Origin: an uncultured Gammaproteobacteria bacterium
GTDB lineage: Bacteria; Patescibacteriota; Patescibacteriia; Magasanikbacterales; UBA922
Assembly: GCA_964646505.1 (NCBI GenBank)
Contig: CAZYEQ010000004.1
Coordinates: 1 to 36,232 of the forward strand
DNA length: 36,232 nucleotides
Direction: 5' to 3'
The first letter of the stretch is position 1. Each line of letters starts with the position of its first letter. Of the stretch, positions 17,801 to 24,113 are shown piece by piece. Made by a program: the position numbers and the translations under genes. Under the pieces are notes generated by a model. It ran no database searches. It saw only the letters and a list, made by a program, of their open reading frames with translations, and was not told the origin of the DNA.

Positions 17801-20800
17801 ACGTTTGATCTCACTGCGCTGTTTTGCGAAAATCCTTGGCCTAGACGCGGTATATATCCGTATGAAGATGCAGTACGTCGTGGCGCAGTTGCAAATAATG
17901 ATGAATTTGACGGTGATTGGACCGGAGGCGCTATTCCACCGATTGCGGTGAATGGAGCAACTTTCTACCCTAATATCCAGTTTGGATACTGCGCTGACGC
18001 GGGACGTTCGAATGATACGAGCGACGATCTTCCATATCTTAGACCAACCGTTTTGGGCGATGTTCGTAATGGGGCAATCGCGCCGTTCGGTGATTCTTTG
18101 CGTCGCATTCTTTTCTTTAATGATAGGAATGACGATGCGATTGGGTATCAAGTGTTCGATAACACCACACGAGTGACCCCTGTTACACCAAGCCCTGCAC
18201 CTACTCCGGCCCCAGCACTTCCTCCATTGCCAGAAACTGTCCCAGATGGACGGGCGCTGCGTTTCTTGGGTGATGCTGCTCAGGCAGGTCATGAATTTCC
18301 AATTGGTGAGCCAATCCCTCTTCTTTGGGCGGGCGGGCAAAATCCTGGTCGCGTACGTATTAGTATTTTGTTATTGAATCCCGCGGGTAATGCCTATGTA
18401 ACAAATGATCAGATTCCCAACTCGCAAGTAAGTTTGTTATCATCGATTGATAACGACGGGTCAGAGTACGTGACACTTCCTCTTGATATTGCGCATCCAA
18501 GTCCAGATAGCCGATATGAATTTTTAATTATCGAAGACGGAACCAGCGCTCAGGGGTTTAGTGCTCGTATTACACTGCGCGACCCTGCACCTTCGGTGCC
18601 TGTGCCACCACCAAGTTGGGTACCTATGGTTACCGCATATCGCACATTGACTGAATGGTATCAGGCGAAGTTTGGGGCAGTACCGTCAACGATGCGTCGT
18701 GTGACGGTACAAGGGTACGAGGCCTTAACTGACGGTAATAGTTACTACATTAGCGGCCTTAATCAGTTTGAGGAACGTGATCGTAATACTCTTGGAAATC
18801 ATGTGTATTTATTTACGATTAACCCCGACGCGCAAGAATCCACCAAACGTGTTTTTACAGCGCTTATTAATTCGCTTCGGTTCAATATCAATATTAGCGA
18901 TGTAGGGCTTTGTTCGGTTGGTGACGGGTCACGAGAAAGTGATATTTTTACACCGGACGCAGCTGGAGTAGCATGTACGGTTGATAGCGACTGCACCACT
19001 TTGGGTGAGGGTCGTATCTGCGCAAACGCACGAACTAAATTACTTCGTGATTGGACACGTCTACAAGATGTAGCGGGGGTTCAAACAGCCGCCTCAATCG
19101 TGTACGCGCGTGACCAGCGTTTCCCACTTCTTTCATCAGGTACGTATATCCCTGGGTACACGAATTCCCGCTGGCCATCGTGGGGGGCAACATTGTCGCA
19201 AGCACTTGGTGCCGCGCTTCCACGAGATCCACTGAATAGCTGGAGTGGGTGTGATGGGGCCGATCCTCAGACATGTTGGAATCCTGACGCGGCGACCGGC
19301 GGCACATTCCAATGTCCGGTAGACGCAAGTATCTATGAGTATACAGTGCGGAGTGATGGTTCAAATTATGAACTCCATGTGCCATTTGAGTATTTTCGTG
19401 GCGAAACAGGTATCGTTGATGCTCTGCTTGATACCGACCGGCTCACGACGAATCGTTTCTGCGTTGGTACTCCCCAAAGTCCGGTTGCCGGGGCGTGTGG
19501 CAATGGCATTTTGAACGCGGGTGAAGAGTGTGATCCACCTGGAACACGCGGGACATCGTTTACCGATGGTAATGGGCAACAGTGTCAACAGGGTCAACTT
19601 GCAAGCACAAGATGCGGTGATACGTGTCGTCTTGAGGTGGGACAGTGTCAACCAACCGGCCGTTGCGGTAATGGTGTGATTGAGGGTAATGAACGCTGTG
19701 ATGATGGTAGCGCGAACGGACAGTATGGACATTGCGCGACAGACTGCAACGGGCTTTCAGGGGCGTACTGTGGTGATGGACAAATAAACACCAACGCGGC
19801 CGGCGCGGCATTGGAGCGTTGTGATAAAGCCGAAGCACAATTCCAAAGTGGTTTTTGTGATAAACAGTCGTGTAAGGACGCACGTTTTGACATTCAACCA
19901 GAGTCCACAAATGGTGTGACCGGAATTATGGCCGGCACTGATTCGGTAAGTGTTCGTGGTAACCGTCTTTGGCTTGTGACCACGATCAGCCAAACACCTT
20001 CGTCCCCAATGCGCAGTCATATTTATTCTGGGGCGGTTGGCCAGCAATACACACGTGTGTTTGATGGTCCGAATTTAAATTTGTATGCTGTTTCTTTCGC
20101 TAATCAAAATGTTGGACTTGCTGCCGGAGGATTGCGCAATGGCCCCAACACTGACGGTGCTGTAGTACGTACTGTGAACGGTGGCGTTGATTGGCAAACA
20201 ATTCAAGTTCGTGGCGCCTCAACTCTTACAAGCGTCGCTATGGTTTCAGATCAGATTGCGTTTGTTCTTGACGATCAGGGTCTTATTTTTCGATCAACCG
20301 ATGGTGGCGCGACGTGGTCGAATTCAATTCAATCTATTGGCATTGCGGGGCGCAAGATTCAGTTTTTTGATGCTCAATTTGGTTGGGCTGTTGGTACAGG
20401 AAGACTTTTTATTACCCGTGACGGCGGAAATACATGGACTCAGGCAAATGTGCCTGGTGGCATTGTTCCGTATGATGTCGTATTTGCCAATCGGTATATT
20501 GGGTATGTCACCTCAGACCAAGGTACATCAATTGCTCGAACCGATGACGGTGGAAATACGTGGGAGGTCTTTGCAACTCCTTCACTTCGGCAGGGATCTT
20601 TGAGTGCTCGAGGAAAGATTGCGATTGTTGACCAGCAAACAGTGGTGTTGTGGGCCGGTGCAACCTACCCAGGAAACGTTATTGGGTATGCCCTTCTAAC
20701 AACAAATAATGGTGGTCAAACATGGTCGGAAATAAGTACCGCAAATAATCAGATTGGTGGCGGCGGCCCCATTGTTCGTGCTGACACTGCTGTCGTGGCT

Positions 20801-22804
20801 ATATTTCGTACGCCAACAAGTAGACTTGTGCTTACACCCGACAACTACTGTGTGTCACAAACACTGTGTACACAAAATACCCAGTGTGAAAATGGAGATG
20901 CGTGTGTCTTAGATGCGCTTCCGACGTACCATGGGCAACAAGGAGGAAGTTGTTCGTTCGATTGTCAGAATGTTGGTGGGTACTGTGGAGATGGTATTGT
21001 GAATGCAATACACGAAGAGTGTGATGATGGAAACACGAATAATGCTGATTCGTGTACCAATTTGTGTTTTCGACGCACAGCTATTACACCTGTAACTCCA
21101 ACAGGAAGTTACTGTGGTGATGGGGTGGTTCAAACACCAAACAGTCAGGGGGTAAACGAGACGTGTGATAATGGTGTAAATAATGGTGTTGTTCCGCAAA
21201 ATACACCCTATGGTCAACGTATTGTGTACTGTTCCGCGCGCTGCACAGAGGAAACAAGAGACCCAGTGGCGTTTTGTGGGAACGGTATTGTTGAGGGGCC
21301 AGAAGTATGTGACGCCGACCCATCGAGTGGCGCGGTTTTTGGACGCGGTGGAGCCCAACTGGCGTGCGCGGGCGGAAATCTTTCTGTGGCAAATAGAGGG
21401 TCGTATCGCTGTGTGGATAATTGCCGTCGAATTGACAGTACATGTACAGTGTGCGGTGTGGTAGAAGTGTGTAGCGCAAATAGGGCTGAGTGTCTATTGA
21501 ATGGAACAGGAAATCAGTGTCAGGATCATTTATGTGCGAATGGTCTAGGGCAACGCGTGGCGTGCAACCAGGGCCAACAGAGTGATTGTCGGTATGTAGG
21601 CACAACGGATGGTGGTATTTGTAATGATGGTATTGATAATGACGGTGACGGCCTTACGGACTGTGCTGACTTTACAGGTGGTGGCGCAAACCCACAGATT
21701 GCGATTTTAAACCCAATCGTATCGAGGTTACGGACTGGTTCTGAGGCGTGGGGTATCGTAAATGATGTGTCCATGGTTCGTGGTGGTCTCGATGCGCCAT
21801 ATCGTGCTGTGGGTCCATTAAATAATCGACAATATATATATGAAGGAGCAATGGGTGGTCGCCTCCTGGCCGCAACAGCAAATTATTCATTCGGGCTTCC
21901 AGCGACTTCAGTTTTTTCAGTTAATTCCAATCAACTTAATACAAGATTAAACATTAATACAAATCCACAGTGTGTAGATGTGTATAGTTTGGATGTTAAT
22001 CACATGGCCATTCCACAAACGTTGTTACAGCCACCAATCAGCCCAAGAGTTGCGGGTCCAGGCAGTTTATTTCCGTATCCTGTTGATGGTCAGGCCGGTA
22101 CTATGAGCTACGAGTATGTGCTCAGTCCCGCGGTACCGCAAAATGTATTCCGTGTCGTGGTGCGTTGGGGTGAAGATGAGGCACAAGCGCAAGCAGAATT
22201 TTTAGGAAATCTCTACCACAATGACTTTCCTCAGAACGGTGGGCGTATTGTGAATTTGGCTATTGCGCAGGCACGTACGGTGCAAGAGAGTGTTAACTAT
22301 GTTTGTGACAACATTGGTGAACAGCAACTCGCTATCGGTGGTGGGCAAACTGCCAATTATTGGTGGAGCATTGATTGTTCGTCAATAGCAAGTACAGATG
22401 CTAGCGCCCCTGCCGAAGTGTATGTGCATCCAAATTTATCGCTATCAAAAACATTTATTCAATCCATGACGATTGATCTGCGTAATGCAAATTCAATTGC
22501 GCCATTCCAGTTCTTTATTGATGATACTACGCGTCCTATGTATGAGTATCGAAATAATCAGAATTTTACAGTCGAGGTGTATGAATATCATAATGGTCAG
22601 AATCCGCTTCGTTCTGTTTACCTACCACGAGTGTTCCGTATCAGTGGCACTGTTGGAACAAGTTCAAATCCAAACGCGCAATACTGGCATGTATTTAATA
22701 TCGTACGGAATCCGGGAAATGGAAGATATGAGATTCGGGCTCTTGGTCCATCGGGCGATGGGAGTCTTGAGACAGACATTGAAGATATTCACAATAACTT
22801 ATAA
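11471..22804 (+). CDS. Giant multidomain surface protein (3,777 aa) with a TrbC/VirB2-like head
   Basis: One uninterrupted ORF. ATG at 11471 (MSRIALYIRRHLL...) lies 20 nt after the upstream stop. The ORF-track start at 11291 overlaps the previous gene. Signal peptide ends TFA-QG, followed by the two-helix head. Then come SbsA-type Ig-like domains, four IPT/TIG-like domains, 11 CGNG/CGDG...ECD cysteine repeats in three clusters, a Pro-rich linker, a five-blade Asp-box region, a CNDGIDNDGDGLTDC motif, and a motif-free C-terminus of about 370 aa. Confidence 0.9.
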   Translation: MSRIALYIRRHLLHFIFFFFFLLVGGFVFYAHPTFAQGTNDVLGVNSFEGASNLASTDIRVIVARIINIFLGLLSLLAVGIVIYGGVTWMTAGGDEGKIEDARKILVNGAIGLVIVLSAFAISRFVLNRLQGATGLAGGDPLASCADLALANDPRYDELCGRNSGGSLDCSANPSWCCARDNFIVQSMTPRTDGTNMNNATIRVVFSRGLRTGANQVVEIWRNGVTTTNDFSFRFADPANQVLEGVYTGTSACEETPGCLPQGEYRVRVNDGIRDVRGQTLQESVSCGTFPREATFGVNTPGAIDIFPPDIPGGIMIDGVRAADAPIPVNREVEIRIPVTDNTGAGYVRLDVGREGQSTAITAVGGPSVVRGSDAGVVDPYVYTYRLFLASNTRLGERYVISARAYDIDGNNVAVSATFVTVAPHCANGIQDEDETDVDAGPSCQSVGACAENWQCVSGQCVSGQCQATPIITSVDPWDGAAGSWVTVNGRFFGTTPGQVQFGVDRNNDGVIAGAEWANASLAACNGISPWSDSTVIAEVPDDAVLPQTSLSAIRVVRADNTALTDTTIDARGPRGGPRNGLFLKNTTERPRLCRVEVGAGQTAGLPQTDARAIGESLQGGTRELRFGPVVANILGGTDTRIDTRVPEGLRPGVVSVAATINGVVSNAVPFTILSPNSNDVPNISGIDPAETTPGSYVTISGRGFDGRLGVVYLANALDLVCTPSNLPAGCVEARATLPPACGDTWTPTQVVFQVPTTIQPGRWFVNVRTAHGLSSPLVNTAAVTVVAGNPRPSLCNMSPERGPAPRTIADGITLRGANLSSASIVYFWTARANAADVSTWLTARAPDVRFTSASELLSVIPSIGGVTMQTGPIRVSSNGQLSNSLTYTVLDCRTIPDEEIPAGQRCCSDGSLLATNQACPGESRDAGYVWRFTNGQISQLPAVIEECDVTGASSAMPSPSPSDIWGRTQTCVNAEIRARFTTPMDESTLVSPNVRVVTCGDGVSPDCTGRVDVTDSFLIRYESQSLRVAPRSAATALTANTWYRVELSTSIRSQESRTILGRPQTVSNALQATRPCGAGTAYCFTFQTGTRRCEIATAHILPPEYTTTILGVIQDPRFPRTSADPLNPPYPLFYYIWGAPREACTVINADGLGWVWSVPPEDAGYASVIPRRDPPRYTDSRAAVTALSNSVPDTAQIHATVTTPNNTTIQAESTLTVDLGDPRVVGFWPNCSESCTNANIGVQFNQSMLPSTYEGALHVYRCADPLCANRVEEVLTTVVEQDNPLRYQVGAASPLLENTWYLVTVSSQIRAMTALGSTNPGNPLEPFQWRFRTKATAGICVAASVVVEPTSFTATAVGQVTRYLSVPVSPGDQCSPLGQGLNPWTFGWQWSTEDVNVARVSNFSSLGSPRRECTPTCVPRGSSLISGRQSGVSVCGNGTVDAGEDCDIAISSEVPGVSCSLFCLRPGNSSRGTGPNMCGNGVVDTAQGEECDPTGANADTRFCDERCLLIGNTARGNAQNQCGNSAVEPLFGEECESRQGVEEDTSCTQSCVRAGSTVLSASWCELRPVGTDATTLSACATRAVSMCGDGVINRGEVCEIVTGSGTGPGTIRLYGVQNPVAVQDVSVCTSQCLLAHICNETNIPTSAPTLRCASGAPGCTSQCTLRGADVTYETPSLCGDGQDGIGEYGMCEYSPADVTARVPGVRTPIGQNPIQVVTAVGASQNIPADGRQETRVAADIVASLASRLASPVHGTGDYALQCGFVEYPPGAQVADQANNCPQNAGNNDNRYGVGTNSCCQLRPERTSSYPADGTGFQGTASACRNTLVEFETTGELDEATLERNIVIARGYPAGAATVPCRNTGDDVTDAVRDTLAYEEVPRGIIRGTIFRVRHFFRALLEGQAFASALRLDQVNVADWCGGSTRFISDTSYTRDASGVVQSTRVRLQLLDALEANTTYAVLLRGGTTGIKNVRGVSLRPDTTAQNVEASSWVFETGRDICRVNEVVVEPNTFLFTRPNTTAEFVATARTAAGQQVVPIPNIYNWSWAWGPQNNAVFAIPANGTTINTDHMVIGSRTLGQGERVTGFAHLQITQDVLATAGTRLPQFTDTFDLTALFCENPWPRRGIYPYEDAVRRGAVANNDEFDGDWTGGAIPPIAVNGATFYPNIQFGYCADAGRSNDTSDDLPYLRPTVLGDVRNGAIAPFGDSLRRILFFNDRNDDAIGYQVFDNTTRVTPVTPSPAPTPAPALPPLPETVPDGRALRFLGDAAQAGHEFPIGEPIPLLWAGGQNPGRVRISILLLNPAGNAYVTNDQIPNSQVSLLSSIDNDGSEYVTLPLDIAHPSPDSRYEFLIIEDGTSAQGFSARITLRDPAPSVPVPPPSWVPMVTAYRTLTEWYQAKFGAVPSTMRRVTVQGYEALTDGNSYYISGLNQFEERDRNTLGNHVYLFTINPDAQESTKRVFTALINSLRFNINISDVGLCSVGDGSRESDIFTPDAAGVACTVDSDCTTLGEGRICANARTKLLRDWTRLQDVAGVQTAASIVYARDQRFPLLSSGTYIPGYTNSRWPSWGATLSQALGAALPRDPLNSWSGCDGADPQTCWNPDAATGGTFQCPVDASIYEYTVRSDGSNYELHVPFEYFRGETGIVDALLDTDRLTTNRFCVGTPQSPVAGACGNGILNAGEECDPPGTRGTSFTDGNGQQCQQGQLASTRCGDTCRLEVGQCQPTGRCGNGVIEGNERCDDGSANGQYGHCATDCNGLSGAYCGDGQINTNAAGAALERCDKAEAQFQSGFCDKQSCKDARFDIQPESTNGVTGIMAGTDSVSVRGNRLWLVTTISQTPSSPMRSHIYSGAVGQQYTRVFDGPNLNLYAVSFANQNVGLAAGGLRNGPNTDGAVVRTVNGGVDWQTIQVRGASTLTSVAMVSDQIAFVLDDQGLIFRSTDGGATWSNSIQSIGIAGRKIQFFDAQFGWAVGTGRLFITRDGGNTWTQANVPGGIVPYDVVFANRYIGYVTSDQGTSIARTDDGGNTWEVFATPSLRQGSLSARGKIAIVDQQTVVLWAGATYPGNVIGYALLTTNNGGQTWSEISTANNQIGGGGPIVRADTAVVAIFRTPTSRLVLTPDNYCVSQTLCTQNTQCENGDACVLDALPTYHGQQGGSCSFDCQNVGGYCGDGIVNAIHEECDDGNTNNADSCTNLCFRRTAITPVTPTGSYCGDGVVQTPNSQGVNETCDNGVNNGVVPQNTPYGQRIVYCSARCTEETRDPVAFCGNGIVEGPEVCDADPSSGAVFGRGGAQLACAGGNLSVANRGSYRCVDNCRRIDSTCTVCGVVEVCSANRAECLLNGTGNQCQDHLCANGLGQRVACNQGQQSDCRYVGTTDGGICNDGIDNDGDGLTDCADFTGGGANPQIAILNPIVSRLRTGSEAWGIVNDVSMVRGGLDAPYRAVGPLNNRQYIYEGAMGGRLLAATANYSFGLPATSVFSVNSNQLNTRLNINTNPQCVDVYSLDVNHMAIPQTLLQPPISPRVAGPGSLFPYPVDGQAGTMSYEYVLSPAVPQNVFRVVVRWGEDEAQAQAEFLGNLYHNDFPQNGGRIVNLAIAQARTVQESVNYVCDNIGEQQLAIGGGQTANYWWSIDCSSIASTDASAPAEVYVHPNLSLSKTFIQSMTIDLRNANSIAPFQFFIDDTTRPMYEYRNNQNFTVEVYEYHNGQNPLRSVYLPRVFRISGTVGTSSNPNAQYWHVFNIVRNPGNGRYEIRALGPSGDGSLETDIEDIHNNL
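12871..14145 (+). repeat. Four tandem IPT/TIG-like Ig-fold domains (protein-level repeats)
   Basis: Repeat starts are ITSVDPWDGAAGSWVTVNGRFFG, LCRVEVGAGQ..., ISGIDPAETTPGSYVTISGRGFDG and LCNMSPERGPAPRTIADGITLRGANL. Each unit ends in a ...SN(A/S)(V/L)(P/T)(F/Y)T(I/V)L-type strand. Confidence 0.6.
15770..16555 (+). repeat. Cysteine-rich repeat cluster 1 (5 units of C-G-(N/D)-(G/S)-x(5-10)-E-C-(D/E))
   Basis: CGNGTVDAGEDCD, CGNGVVDTAQGEECD, CGNSAVEPLFGEECE, CGDGVINRGEVCE, CGDGQDGIGEYGMCE. These resemble the Myxococcus cysteine-rich repeat (DUF4215-type). Confidence 0.65.
19490..19870 (+). repeat. Cysteine-rich repeat cluster 2 (3 units)
   Basis: CGNGILNAGEECD, CGNGVIEGNERCDDGSANGQYGHC, CGDGQINTNAAGAALERCD. 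Confidence 0.65.
20170..20730 (+). repeat. Five BNR/Asp-box-like repeats (probable beta-propeller)
   Basis: TVNGGVDWQT, STDGGATWSN, TRDGGNTWTQ, TDDGGNTWEV and TNNGGQTWSE, spaced roughly 40-60 aa apart. Confidence 0.65.
20980..21330 (+). repeat. Cysteine-rich repeat cluster 3 (3 units)
   Basis: CGDGIVNAIHEECDDGNTNNADSC, CGDGVVQTPNSQGVNETCDNGVNNG, CGNGIVEGPEVCD. Confidence 0.65.
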
Positions 22805-22848
22805 AGAGGAAGTTGGTGAAGGTGGCTTCTTAGTATATAATAGGTCAT

Positions 22849-23256
22849 ATGCAAAAAAGCTGGGTTCGCATTGTGCTTGGAGTGATCACGATAACTCTTA
22901 TCGGTGGGGGACTGTTTTTTATCACGCAACAGCCACAAAAAAAAACGTCAGAAATACTCCCATCGTCTACATCAACTTCGACGGAGGAGCGGCCTAATCC
23001 TGAGCCAATGCCAAATCCAAACCCTTTTCCAGGTGATGATGATAGGGATGGACTCACGAATGCAGAAGAAACGCAGCTGGGTACCAATCCACACAACTTC
23101 GATACTGACAATGATTCACTGTCTGACGTTACTGAAGTACAAGTGATTCACACTGATCCAAAAAAAGCAGATACCGACGGTGATGGGTTTCACGACGGCA
23201 TAGAAGTTCTCCATGGGTATAATCCTTTAGGAAAGGGAACGTTATCTAAACCTTAG
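22849..23256 (+). CDS. Small N-terminally anchored protein with TSP type-3-like calcium-binding repeats (135 aa)
   Basis: TM helix WVRIVLGVITITLIGGGLFFI and a Pro/Asn-rich linker. Then DDDRDGLTNAEE...DTDNDSLSDVTE...DTDGDGFHDGIEVLHGYNPLGKG. Confidence 0.75.
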   Translation: MQKSWVRIVLGVITITLIGGGLFFITQQPQKKTSEILPSSTSTSTEERPNPEPMPNPNPFPGDDDRDGLTNAEETQLGTNPHNFDTDNDSLSDVTEVQVIHTDPKKADTDGDGFHDGIEVLHGYNPLGKGTLSKP

Positions 23257-23267
23257 ATATATTGCGT

Positions 23268-24101
23268 ATGTTCGATAATCAACTTACCGGAACAACAGGA
23301 AAAGGTCAGGCACCCAGCAACTTACCTATGGGTGAGCCCGAAGATATGTTTTCTTCCGTTACTGGTGACGAGGTGGGTGGTTCAGAAGAACAACCTTCGG
23401 CACTCGAGGCGGGGGTTTTGAAACCAAAGTCCCAGCCTATACCAGCACAAGCGGATGCGCACACAGACAATACGGAGCCAGTAGACTCTTCTGATTTTGA
23501 AGTCATGGCAAAAGTGCCACGTGAACAGGTGCGTCGTGTTGTTCCCTCGCCAGCCGCTGCTGCTCCTGCCGCATACCCTGAGTATCGTATTCAAGAGCCA
23601 TCTATCATTAAAAGCGTCTTTTTGGTTATTCTGGTTATTTTGGTTGTTGCGGGTGTTGGTTTCGGCGGGTGGTGGGCATATGGTGCTTATATCGCACCTC
23701 GCCTCGATAATTCAGGCGCAGCACCAATATCTTCCTCCGAAGAGACCAATAATCTCCCTTCGCCTACGGTTTCTCCTTCGTCTGAGCTAACTGAAGATAT
23801 TGATCATGATAGTAATCCGGCCGATGACGCAATTTTATTTGGCTCCGTGCCCGATACAGACGGTGATGGCCTCGATGATCTGAAAGAGAAAGAATTGGGA
23901 ATAGATCCTACCCGCTTCGATACCGATGGTGACGGACTTTCTGATTATGACGAAGTGGTATCGTGGAAAAGTGATCCACAAAATCCTGACACGGACGGTG
24001 ATGGGTATACGGATGAAGAAGAGATTAAAAATGGGTATAGCCCGACAGGTCCAGGTCGTATTTTTGAGCCACCAACACCGTCGCCCGCGATAAGTCCATA
24101 G
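23268..24101 (+). CDS. Bitopic membrane protein with TSP type-3-like repeats (277 aa from ATG 23268; a TTG at 23262 is also possible)
   Basis: Acidic/Pro-rich N-terminal region of about 115 aa. TM helix VFLVILVILVVAGVGFGGWWAYGAY. Then DTDGDGLDDLKE...DTDGDGLSDYDE...DTDGDGYTDEEEIKNGYSPTGPG. Confidence 0.75.
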   Translation: MFDNQLTGTTGKGQAPSNLPMGEPEDMFSSVTGDEVGGSEEQPSALEAGVLKPKSQPIPAQADAHTDNTEPVDSSDFEVMAKVPREQVRRVVPSPAAAAPAAYPEYRIQEPSIIKSVFLVILVILVVAGVGFGGWWAYGAYIAPRLDNSGAAPISSSEETNNLPSPTVSPSSELTEDIDHDSNPADDAILFGSVPDTDGDGLDDLKEKELGIDPTRFDTDGDGLSDYDEVVSWKSDPQNPDTDGDGYTDEEEIKNGYSPTGPGRIFEPPTPSPAISP

Positions 24102-24113
24102 TACATATTTTGT

